DNA from: Thermodesulfobacteriota bacterium
GTDB taxonomy: Bacteria > Desulfobacterota > Desulfobacteria > Desulfobacterales > UBA11574
Direction: 5' to 3'
DNA length: 36,252 bases
NCBI GenBank assembly: GCA_034658755.1
Contig: JAYEFV010000257.1
Location: 1 to 36,252 of the forward strand
The notes beneath the pieces were generated by a model. The model saw only the letters and a list, made by a program, of their open reading frames with translations. It made no database searches and was not told the origin of the DNA. The stretch's first letter is position 1, and each line of letters begins with the position of its first letter. A program made the translations under genes and the position numbers. Of this stretch, positions 8,173-16,659 are shown piece by piece.

Positions 8173-8458
8173 GTGGTTAAAATTTTCGCCTTTCCCTCCG
8201 GGGCGTAGGCCCTACTCCCCGGCCTGTAAGCCCTACGGGCTGGCCTCCGGCTCGTAAAGGCGCGATCCTACGCCTCGGAGAGAAGCGGGGCCGGAGGCTT
8301 GAACTTGAACAAAAATGAACGTTTTTCAAAGGTCTCACAGCTTGACAGCTGTCCAATTCTGCTATCCTGCAGAATTGTCCTTGGCCTTGAACCCCGGTTA
8401 AATATTAAATACGGATTTAACTGGGCAGGCAAAATTGAGCATTTTTCAAAGGTCTCAT
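8173..8458. repeat. second mosaic cluster of the same intergenic repeat modules
   Basis: 8173-8336 matches 5562-5653 except for a ~72-bp internal insertion (about 8216-8287), which itself contains a cctccggctcgta...cctcggagag unit (8244-8282). 8393-8458 is the reverse complement of the 5348-5443 backbone without the 33-bp insert. gagaccKttgMaaaa motifs lie at 8322-8336 and 8442-8456. Confidence 0.85.
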
Positions 8459-8583
8459 TGTAGTTGTTGTAGCAGTTTAGTTCTTTGAAACAAATCGATT
8501 TAATTATACCTGAAGCGGTAATATTTATTAAAAGCTAAAGTTTTACCAATCTTAAATCTTCAATACACAATTCCAACATCCGG

Positions 8584-9246
8584 CTACCTTCCTATGAGAA
8601 TATTTAACATAGGGGTCAAAAAAAATGACATAAACCAACCGAAAAAATTTGTTAGAAGCAAGAAAATAATTATTATCATGCCGAATCGTTCAATACGGGC
8701 ATAATGCAGCCTTAAGGCATCCGGCAGAAACATAGCGAGTATTTTGCTCCCGTCCAAAGGCGGGATTGGGATCAGGTTGAATATTGCAAGAACCAGATTA
8801 ATCACCACGCTGTAAAAAAGCATATGGTAGAAATCCATGATAAAGGGTCTTAATATGGACCCGTTCCATAACCATTGAAAATGGGCAATGGCCTGAAAGA
8901 GCACACCAGAAACAATGGCCAGGGCGAAATTAGCCAGAACACCGGCCGATGCCACATAAATCGTACTTTTGCGGCTATCACGAAAATTGGAAAAGTTAAC
9001 CGGCACAGGCTTGGCATAACCAAAAATGACCGGAGAACCTGTCAAGTTCAATATAAGCGGCAGGAGTAACGACCCTACAAGATCGAGATGTTTGATTGGG
9101 TTTAAGGTCAGTCTTCCGGCCAAAAGAGCGGTATTATCTCCCATACGGAGCGCCAGATAGCCGTGTGCCACCTCATGAATGGTTACGGCGAAAAGGAGCG
9201 GAACGATCATTACAACAATTTGATTCAGATCTAAATTAGCGAACAT
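8584..9246 (-). CDS. site-2 protease family (peptidase M50) membrane metalloprotease
   Basis: 220 aa, polytopic. HEVAHG zinc motif in the first TM region and NLIPIPPLDGSKI in a later TM. The start overlaps the upstream gene's end by 11 nt. Confidence 0.85.
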   Translation of the reverse strand: MFANLDLNQIVVMIVPLLFAVTIHEVAHGYLALRMGDNTALLAGRLTLNPIKHLDLVGSLLLPLILNLTGSPVIFGYAKPVPVNFSNFRDSRKSTIYVASAGVLANFALAIVSGVLFQAIAHFQWLWNGSILRPFIMDFYHMLFYSVVINLVLAIFNLIPIPPLDGSKILAMFLPDALRLHYARIERFGMIIIIFLLLTNFFGWFMSFFLTPMLNILIGR

Positions 9247-11911
9247 AGTCTTTCACAAAATCGAGTTCATCATTGCGTGTTTTAATCTGACCGTTTAATT
9301 TGGAATCCAGGACGGCCTGAAGGATTTTCCGGTAAATCGGACCGGGTTCAAGTCCCATTTTTTTCAAATCCTTGCCTTTTACCGATATATCAATATGTCT
9401 CAGTCGTGTAAAGTAATTGGAAATGGATCTCTTTACCCTTTCGTGTTCGGTGGCGGCCATCATGTACAGGATCAGTTCAATTTTGAAAACGGCAAGTCGT
9501 TTGTAGATAGTGCTGTTTTTTGTCGGGAGATTTCGTTCCATCCATAAAATAGACCTGTCAGCCTCGAAACGTTCCTTACAGAAAATTGTTTTGTATCGTG
9601 GCGCGAGTTCAATTCGCATGCTGATTTCATGGGCGGTTTCTTTATCGCAGCGCCTTGTAAGAGCCAGAAAATAAACGGCCCATTTCATATACGGTTCTTC
9701 TAGAAAAAGCAAATCATGCCAGGATAGTACCTTTTTAACTGAATTAAATAATGAAATCATATAATTGTTTAATGTTATGGAGGGATGGACAACTTTCAGG
9801 AGATCATATTCATCCAGCCTTTTGATGGCGGCCAGGGGGGTTTCTTCTTCTAAAATCTGACGCAGTTCGGCAAATACCCTCCGGCCGCTGAGCCGCTTGA
9901 AAAAATCCATTTTTACAGCATTTTCAATAAGACCTGAAGTCAGTTTTCCGATGGAAAAACCGAAACGCTGTTCGAATCTTATCGCGCGGAATACCCGGGT
10001 CGGATCCTCAACAAAACTCAAATTGTGCAACACCCTTATAGATTTCTCCTTAATGTCCTTCTGGGCCGCAAAAAAATCTATTAACAGGCCGAATTTATTC
10101 GGGTTGAGCTGGATCGCCAAGGTATTTACAGTGAAGTCCCGTCTAAAGAGGTCTAGTTTTATCGAACTCATCTCCACAATGGGAAGGGCCGCCGGGAACT
10201 TGTAGTATTCCATTCTGGCAGAAGCCACATCAATTTTAAAACCGTCCGGGAAGATAATTACAGCGGTGCCGAACTTTTCGTAGGAGTGAATACGAGCATC
10301 AACCATTTTTACATATTGTTTTGCAAATGCAATGCCGTCGCCTTCGATGACAATGTCTATATCTTCATTGGTTCTGTACAGGAACAGATCGCGCACAAAT
10401 CCGCCCACAACGTAAGTATTGTAGCCCATTTCGACAGCTTTTTGGCCGATGACCTGAAGCATGTCGAAAATACGAGGGGAAAGGCGTTCTTTCATGAACT
10501 TAAGGATGTTTCTAGTTCTGGCGTGGGCCGGTTCCTTGAGCAGGTACGGAGAGCCTGAGGAACTAAGTTTGGATTGCCCCACCAGAATGTTAAGCAAATC
10601 GGTGCGCGTAATAACACCGGTTATGATGCCATTGTCGATGACAGGAAGAATGCGTTGCTTGTTCTCGATAATTTTTTCCTGAATTTCCACAAGTTCGGAA
10701 TCGGGCGCCACCGAAGCAAGTTCGGTTGTCATATATTCTTTGACCGGGATGTGTTCCAGCCCGTGATACACTGTCTTTTCAATAATCTGGCGGGTTATAA
10801 ACCCGAGCAAGTCTTCTTCGCTGTTGTGCTTTTGGGTAACTATGAGGGCGTTTATGTTGTAACGTGTGAGAAGATTGCCGGCTTCTTTGCAGGAAACATC
10901 ATCGCTTATCCTAATGACCGGAGATGACATTAGGTCTTTTGCCCGGTTCCTGGGCCTGATTTCACTGTAGAGGATTTCCGTAAGCCTCTGCTCAATCTGT
11001 GCAAGAGTTTTACCCTTGATGCTTGCGGCGGCCGCAAAGGTATGTCCCCCTCCGCCAAGGGGGGTGACAATTGCTCCCACATCGACCTCGGGTATTTTGC
11101 TTCGGGCCACGACGTACATTTTGTTTCCCATTCGCGCGATGGCAAAAATGGCATTGAGGTTTTCTATCTTAACCATTTTTTGAACCAGGAAAGCGAAATC
11201 CGACACATAATTATCGGTGGATACGGTTGTAATTACAATTTCGATGCCGTTGATATTGTAGGATGTTGCAGCTTGGATCATGTCGTTTAAAAGCCCCACC
11301 TGCTCCGGGCTAATCTCTCTTGAGATCAGATTTGAGACCATGTTTAAATTTGCTCCTTTTGAAAGGAGAAAGGCGGCGGCTGTAAAATCTTTTTCGGTGG
11401 TGGATGGGAAGGTAAAGGAACCGGTATCTTCGTATATTCCGAGACACATAATGGTGGCTTCATCAGGAGAAATGTCGATTCCCTTATCCTTTATGATTTC
11501 CGTAAGGATGCTGACAGTGGCTCCGGTTAAGCAATTAACCTCGTAATCACCCTTGATATCGTTATCCATGGGAGGGTGATGATCGTAAATGTGTATATCG
11601 ATGTCCGGCTGGTGGAGTATGTCTGCAAATTTCCCGATACGGCTTGGCTGTTTGGTATCCACCAGAACCAGTCTTTTGAGATTTAACAGGTCGACATCTT
11701 TAATGTTGACCATATTAAATAGATAGACCATAGACTTGATAAAGAAGTTTCTTAAATTTTTTTCCTGGGAACCGGGAAAAACAACAAGTGCATCGGGATA
11801 GAGCTTCTGGGCTGCAAGCATGGATGCCAAAGCGTCAAAGTCGGCATTAATGTGGGAAGTAATGATAGTAAGATCTTTTTTGTTATGTTTGGGTTTTTTT
11901 GTCATAATCAT
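9236..11911 (-). CDS. multidomain DHH/DHHA1 phosphoesterase - CBS pair - class II tRNA nucleotidyltransferase (CCA-adding / poly(A) polymerase family)
   Basis: 891 aa. N-terminal DHH motifs (NADFDALAS, VLVDT, IYDHHPP) and the DHHA1 motif GGGGH. The central part is a CBS-pair-like region. The C-terminal part has GGFVRDLFL...DIDIV, RRDFTVNTLA and EDPTRVFRAIRF, typical of class II nucleotidyltransferases. Confidence 0.85.
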   Translation of the reverse strand: MIMTKKPKHNKKDLTIITSHINADFDALASMLAAQKLYPDALVVFPGSQEKNLRNFFIKSMVYLFNMVNIKDVDLLNLKRLVLVDTKQPSRIGKFADILHQPDIDIHIYDHHPPMDNDIKGDYEVNCLTGATVSILTEIIKDKGIDISPDEATIMCLGIYEDTGSFTFPSTTEKDFTAAAFLLSKGANLNMVSNLISREISPEQVGLLNDMIQAATSYNINGIEIVITTVSTDNYVSDFAFLVQKMVKIENLNAIFAIARMGNKMYVVARSKIPEVDVGAIVTPLGGGGHTFAAAASIKGKTLAQIEQRLTEILYSEIRPRNRAKDLMSSPVIRISDDVSCKEAGNLLTRYNINALIVTQKHNSEEDLLGFITRQIIEKTVYHGLEHIPVKEYMTTELASVAPDSELVEIQEKIIENKQRILPVIDNGIITGVITRTDLLNILVGQSKLSSSGSPYLLKEPAHARTRNILKFMKERLSPRIFDMLQVIGQKAVEMGYNTYVVGGFVRDLFLYRTNEDIDIVIEGDGIAFAKQYVKMVDARIHSYEKFGTAVIIFPDGFKIDVASARMEYYKFPAALPIVEMSSIKLDLFRRDFTVNTLAIQLNPNKFGLLIDFFAAQKDIKEKSIRVLHNLSFVEDPTRVFRAIRFEQRFGFSIGKLTSGLIENAVKMDFFKRLSGRRVFAELRQILEEETPLAAIKRLDEYDLLKVVHPSITLNNYMISLFNSVKKVLSWHDLLFLEEPYMKWAVYFLALTRRCDKETAHEISMRIELAPRYKTIFCKERFEADRSILWMERNLPTKNSTIYKRLAVFKIELILYMMAATEHERVKRSISNYFTRLRHIDISVKGKDLKKMGLEPGPIYRKILQAVLDSKLNGQIKTRNDELDFVKDYVR

Positions 11912-12020
11912 ATATGATTTGACGTCTTAAAAAATATACAACTTGCTGTGAATAAAGCGACAATTCTAATATTCAAATTGTGATCTGCCCGCAAATGTCT
12001 ATATGCCAAAAAAACCTTAA

Positions 12021-12097
12021 GCCGGTCTCAGCAATGAGGCCGGCAATGGGAAACGACGTTTTTCCCGGAAGGCTATGGCAGGCTTTAGTCTGCTTTT
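12021..12097 (+). promoter_or_regulatory. three consecutive stem-loops in the pilC upstream region (candidate leader or small RNA, last one terminator-like)
   Basis: Hairpin 1 (12021-12044) is gccggtctca-GCAA-tgaggccggc, a 10-bp stem with one G-U and a GNRA tetraloop. Hairpin 2 (12048-12066) is gggaaa-N7-tttccc. Hairpin 3 (12078-12093) is gcaggc-ttta-gtctgc, followed by TTTTAT. A sigma70-like TTGCTG-N18-TAATAT lies at 11943-11972. Confidence 0.25.
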
Positions 12098-12313
12098 ATA
12101 GTTTATCAGGGTTGAGTGCTAAAATAAAGATTTACATATATAGGCGGGTTTATCAAGCTGTATCATAATGATTTTATATTAATTCAGCGAACATGTTGTT
12201 GTTTGGTGTACTTTATGATATTGGCTGACATGAGAATATACGGCTAAATGAAAATTTGTGATTCAATTTTAGTATAAACTACGTATTGTCTCCATTACAA
12301 GGGAGGAATGATC

Positions 12314-13522
12314 ATGACAGTCTATTTATGGAGTGGAAAAAACAGGCAGAATAAGAAACAGAAAGGTGAGATGGAAGCCCCCACCGAAGAAGCTGTACGC
12401 TCCGAACTGATCAGACGAAATATAACTCCTTCCAAGATTAAGAAAAAACCCAAGGACCTTTTTGAAAACATCTCTTTCATGCAGCCTAAGATAAAACAGA
12501 AAGATATAATAATTTTTTGTCGGCAATTTTCTACCATGATCGATGCGGGTCTTCCAATAATCCAGTGCCTCGATATTCTATACGCCCAGCATGAAAACAA
12601 AACATTTAAAAATATGTTGAAGGAGATTAAACAGAATGTAGAGAGCGGACAAACCTTTGCGGAAGCATTGAAAAAGTATCCAAAACAGTTTGACGATCTT
12701 TTTATAAACATGATTTCAGCCGGTGAAGCCGGCGGTATCCTTGATACGATCTTAAGACGTCTTTCTGCTTATTTGGAGAAAGCTGCAAAGCTCAAAGCCC
12801 AGATAAAAGGGGCTATGACTTACCCGGCTGTAACTATGGTGATCGCTATAATCGTTGTTTCAATCATTATGGTGTTTGTTATTCCTGTATTTGAGGATAT
12901 GTTTGAGGGGATGGGCGGCGCCCTTCCGGTCCCCACTCAAATTGTTGTAAATATAAGCAGGTTTGTCAAATCAAACATTTTTTATATCATTGCTGGCATA
13001 GTTTTGGCAACATTTGCATTCAGAAGGTTTTATAAAAGCGCAAGAGGACAAGCCATAATGGACGACCTTTTCCTCAAATTGCCGCTATTCGGGCTTTTAA
13101 TTCGTAAAGCCTCCGTAGCCAAGTTTACACGGACCATGGGAACAATGCTTGGCAGCGGTGTGGCGATTTTAGACGCGCTTGACATTGTTGCCAAAACAGC
13201 AGGTAACAAAACAATTGAAAAGGCTGTGTACGAAACTCGATCCGCCATTGCTGAAGGCCGTACAATGTCCGATCCTCTTTCCGAAAGTGGCGTTTTCCCG
13301 TCTATGGTATGCCAGATGATTGCTGTCGGTGAATCTACTGGTGCACTTGATACCATGTTAAATAAAATCGCCGATTTTTACGACGAAGAGGTCGACCAGA
13401 CGGTGGAAAACATGACTTCGTTGATAGAGCCAATTATGCTGGTATTTCTGGGTGGTGTTATCGGCGGTCTGGTCGTATCCATGTATCTGCCCATATTCAA
13501 GATGGCGGCTGCCTTTGGTTAA
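12314..13522 (+). CDS. pilC: type IV pilus / type II secretion platform protein (GspF/PilC family)
   Basis: About 402 aa with two T2SSF-type repeats, each having conserved cytoplasmic helices and three TM segments in total. The GGGAGG RBS at 12301-12306 fits the ATG at 12314 better than the ATG at 12308. Confidence 0.85.
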   Translation: MTVYLWSGKNRQNKKQKGEMEAPTEEAVRSELIRRNITPSKIKKKPKDLFENISFMQPKIKQKDIIIFCRQFSTMIDAGLPIIQCLDILYAQHENKTFKNMLKEIKQNVESGQTFAEALKKYPKQFDDLFINMISAGEAGGILDTILRRLSAYLEKAAKLKAQIKGAMTYPAVTMVIAIIVVSIIMVFVIPVFEDMFEGMGGALPVPTQIVVNISRFVKSNIFYIIAGIVLATFAFRRFYKSARGQAIMDDLFLKLPLFGLLIRKASVAKFTRTMGTMLGSGVAILDALDIVAKTAGNKTIEKAVYETRSAIAEGRTMSDPLSESGVFPSMVCQMIAVGESTGALDTMLNKIADFYDEEVDQTVENMTSLIEPIMLVFLGGVIGGLVVSMYLPIFKMAAAFG

Positions 13523-13599
13523 CCCGTAAACCTTTGGATTTCACTTCACCCTAATTGTAATGTTGAAATAATTGCTCACATTCCATTATTTTTACCCCG

Positions 13600-13632
13600 C
13601 CTGCCCCGTAGCTCCGGCAGATGGTACTGGGG
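13600..13632 (+). repeat. 33-bp repeat module, identical to 5385-5417
   Basis: cctgccccgtagctccggcagatggtactgggg is 33/33 identical at both loci, and the following t also matches. Confidence 0.9.
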
Positions 13633-13713
13633 TGAAACTTTTTTCTATTTCACTATGGCCATGTCCGAGTTAAAAATATAAGCCTAAAAAAGATCTTTAT
13701 TTTCAATAAATTG

Positions 13714-13761
13714 TAGAATTTCCGAGATGTTCCCTTTAGCGGGATAGAATTTCCGAGACGT
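13714..13761 (+). promoter_or_regulatory. 17-bp direct repeat pair immediately upstream of the histidine kinase gene
   Basis: tagaatttccgagatgt (13714-13730) and tagaatttccgagacgt (13745-13761) match 16/17 with starts 31 bp apart. They flank a small palindrome, tccc-tttagc-ggga. The second copy ends 5 nt before the ATG. Confidence 0.35.
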
Positions 13762-13766
13762 ATATT

Positions 13767-15068
13767 ATGCCCGATTACTCAAACAAGCCCGAAGATGATT
13801 TATATCATAAGCTTGAATGGGTTATGTTTTTACGGGTCGTTTTTACTTCACTGTTGCTGGGATCGACTATTATCCTGCAATTCAGTGAAAAAGCTTTCCC
13901 TCTAACGAAGCCTCTCCTGATTTTTTATGGACTTATCGTTACAATTTTCCTGCTTTCTATCTGCTACGGTTTAATTTTAAAACATATAAAGCGGAAACTT
14001 ATCTTTGCTTATGTACAGATCGGGATCGACACCTTTGCGGTAACACTAATAATTTTTCTTACCGGCAGCTTTGCAAGCATTTTTTCATTTCTTTATCTGG
14101 TAGTTATTATCTATTCGAGCATGCTTCTATTCAGGAGAGGAAGCATGGTCATGGCCGTGCTTTGCAGTATCCAGTACGGCATCCTGATCGATCTTGAATA
14201 CTATGGTATTATCAATCCTTTTAGCATGAATGGGGGTAATGCCATCGGTAGTTATGTCTGGAGCCAAGTGCTTTTCAATGTAGTGATTACCATGGCGGCC
14301 TGTTTTGCCGTTGCTTTCCTGAGCGGTTTTCTGTCAGAACAGTTGAGAAGGACAAAAAACAAGCTTTCGGCCCTTGAGGATCGAATTAAACGCGTGGAGA
14401 AGATGGCCTACATGGGTGAGATGGCGGCCGGCATAACTCATGAGATTAAAAATCCTCTGGCTTCTCTTTCAGGTTCAATCCAGATTTTAAGAAAAGAAGT
14501 TCCGTATGACCCCGAACATGACAAACTCATGCAGATCGTTTTGCGTGAGACAGACAGGTTGAGCGCCCTGGTGAACAATTTTCTTTTGTTTGCAAAGCCG
14601 CCTGCAGGTAAAATCGAAAAGATAGAACTCGAAAGCGCACTGACAGAGACCGTCAAACTATTTGAAAAGGACAAAGCCGGTACAGGCAAAGTTACGATTA
14701 CAAGCGAGTTTTCCTCAAATATCTGGATTGAAATGGATCCGGTGCATTTACGCCAGGTGATCTGGAATCTACTTTTAAATGCTGCTGAGGCTATTGAGGG
14801 TGAAGGACTTGTCGGGATTAAAACGTATCCTTTAAAGCACAATTATGCAGGTATCGAAATCAGCGACAATGGCTGTGGCATTACAGATCGGTATATTCAG
14901 TCGATTTTTGATCCATTTTTCACAACAAAATCCAATGGGACAGGTCTCGGACTTTCCATCGTTCACAGCATACTCGAATCTTACGATACATGGCTTGACG
15001 TTGAGAGTAAAGTAGATCGGGGAACCAAGTTTTCCTTTAAATTAAAGCGAAGAGACCCGCCAACTTAA
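13767..15068 (+). CDS. membrane sensor histidine kinase (PilS-like architecture)
   Basis: 433 aa. About six N-terminal TM helices, H-box HEIKNPLAS, N-box NLLLNAAEA, G1 DNGCGI and G2 GTGLGLSIV. Sits directly downstream of pilC. Confidence 0.8.
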   Translation: MPDYSNKPEDDLYHKLEWVMFLRVVFTSLLLGSTIILQFSEKAFPLTKPLLIFYGLIVTIFLLSICYGLILKHIKRKLIFAYVQIGIDTFAVTLIIFLTGSFASIFSFLYLVVIIYSSMLLFRRGSMVMAVLCSIQYGILIDLEYYGIINPFSMNGGNAIGSYVWSQVLFNVVITMAACFAVAFLSGFLSEQLRRTKNKLSALEDRIKRVEKMAYMGEMAAGITHEIKNPLASLSGSIQILRKEVPYDPEHDKLMQIVLRETDRLSALVNNFLLFAKPPAGKIEKIELESALTETVKLFEKDKAGTGKVTITSEFSSNIWIEMDPVHLRQVIWNLLLNAAEAIEGEGLVGIKTYPLKHNYAGIEISDNGCGITDRYIQSIFDPFFTTKSNGTGLGLSIVHSILESYDTWLDVESKVDRGTKFSFKLKRRDPPT

Positions 15069-15132
15069 TCTTGACACCTATTTTTAAATGGGTTAACGAA
15101 ATAAGATTAATTTTTTGGAAAGTTGAATCCTT

Positions 15133-16629
15133 ATGGACAAAAAAAGCGATGCCATTGAGAAACGAAAAAAGAAACTTTTAGACTTAAAAAAAAACAATAT
15201 TAATCTTTATCCTAACGATTTTGTTGTCTTGCATACGGTAAGCGATATCAAAAAAGCCGTAAAAGATGCACCGGATTCAGTTACTGAAGACGGGCCTGTT
15301 TTTGTTATTGCCGGCCGTATGATGGCCATAAACAGGTTTGGCAAGGCATCCTTTATCAGGTTCAGGGATCGAACCGGACAGCTTCAAGCATATGTGAGAA
15401 AAGACAATATAGGCGAAAAAGCCTATAATCTATTTAAACAGCTCGATATCGGTGATTTCGTCGGACTAAACGGTGGGATGTTTAAGACGAGAACAGGAGA
15501 ATGGACACTTCTGGTCAAGGAATTTAAGCTCGTCTGCAAGTCAGCAAGACCGCTTCCGGAAAAATTTCACGGGCTTAAAGATCCAGAAAAGCGTTATCGT
15601 CGTCGCTACATCGATTTGACAGTGAATTCAGATGTGCGGGATATTTTTACGAAACGCAGCAGGATCATTCAGGTCATACGTACATTTCTTCTTGACCGGG
15701 ATTTTCTTGAGGTGGAAACACCGATGATGCAGCCGATTCCTGGTGGCGCCGAAGCCACACCATTTGTAACCCATCACAATGCATTGGGCATGGATCTGTT
15801 TTTACGCATAGCCCCTGAACTCTATTTAAAGCGTTTGGTTATCGGAGGATTTGAAAGGGTTTTTGAGATCAATAGAAGTTTCAGAAATGAAGGAGTTTCA
15901 ACCCGTCACAATCCCGAATTTACCATGCTCGAATTGTACCAGGCATATGCCAGGTACGATGATCTGATGGACATGACCGAAAAGATGTTCTGTCATGTGG
16001 CCAGGGAGGTGACCGGGTCAACCTCGATACATTACCAGGGGAATACTATAGATTTAGGCACCAAGTGGCGTCGAATATCCCTTGCTTCTGCCTTGGAGGA
16101 GTTTGGGGGCATTGACGCCGATTTGCTGGACCACCGGGAAGGTCTACTTGAATTCGCCGCTTCAAAACGGATCAAGGTTACAAAGATCGGGCATCTTGGA
16201 AAAATCATCACCAAGCTGTTTGATGTGCTGGTGGAACCAAAGCTTATCCAGCCTACATTTATTACCGGGTACCCGGTAGAGGTTTCCCCGCTTTCCAGAA
16301 GGAGTGACACCGAGCCCGAACTTACGGATCGATTTGAGCTTTTCATCGCGGGTTATGAGATTGCCAATGGATTTTCGGAGCTTAATGATCCTGTTGATCA
16401 GAGAGAGAGATTTTTACAGCAGGTTGCAGACAGGGAAGCCGGCGACAAAGAGGCTCATTACATGGACAAAGATTACATCGAGGCTTTGGAGTACGGCATG
16501 CCCCCCACCGCCGGAGAGGGAATAGGGATTGACCGGCTTACCATGCTGTTCACCGATTCCGCTTCAATCCGGGAGGTTATTCTTTTCCCGCACATGAAAC
16601 CGCTTGAAAGGGTAATGGATAACCGATAA
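15133..16629 (+). CDS. lysS: lysine--tRNA ligase (class II)
   Basis: 498 aa. N-terminal OB-fold region, class II motifs (FRNEGVSTRHNPEFTMLE, GEGIGIDRLTML), and full-length similarity in layout to LysS. Confidence 0.92.
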   Translation: MDKKSDAIEKRKKKLLDLKKNNINLYPNDFVVLHTVSDIKKAVKDAPDSVTEDGPVFVIAGRMMAINRFGKASFIRFRDRTGQLQAYVRKDNIGEKAYNLFKQLDIGDFVGLNGGMFKTRTGEWTLLVKEFKLVCKSARPLPEKFHGLKDPEKRYRRRYIDLTVNSDVRDIFTKRSRIIQVIRTFLLDRDFLEVETPMMQPIPGGAEATPFVTHHNALGMDLFLRIAPELYLKRLVIGGFERVFEINRSFRNEGVSTRHNPEFTMLELYQAYARYDDLMDMTEKMFCHVAREVTGSTSIHYQGNTIDLGTKWRRISLASALEEFGGIDADLLDHREGLLEFAASKRIKVTKIGHLGKIITKLFDVLVEPKLIQPTFITGYPVEVSPLSRRSDTEPELTDRFELFIAGYEIANGFSELNDPVDQRERFLQQVADREAGDKEAHYMDKDYIEALEYGMPPTAGEGIGIDRLTMLFTDSASIREVILFPHMKPLERVMDNR

Positions 16630-16659
16630 GAAACTAATAACCTATAACCAGCAATTCTT

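Noticed and set aside
5348-8458. Clustered short repeats in the 5.3-5.7 kb and 8.2-8.5 kb spacers considered as a degenerate CRISPR array.
   Set aside because: The units differ in sequence, length and orientation. They are contiguous or nested rather than separated by unique spacers of constant length. No cas genes or leader are present.
12076-12095. TGGCAG...TGC, resembling a sigma54 -24/-12 promoter upstream of pilC.
   Set aside because: The GG-to-GC spacing is 15 nt rather than the canonical 12. The sequence is better explained as the third hairpin of the spacer.
11980-12168. 62-aa ORF in the pilC upstream spacer.
   Set aside because: It has no RBS and a Cys/low-complexity composition, and it overlaps the hairpin series. 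It is more likely non-coding.
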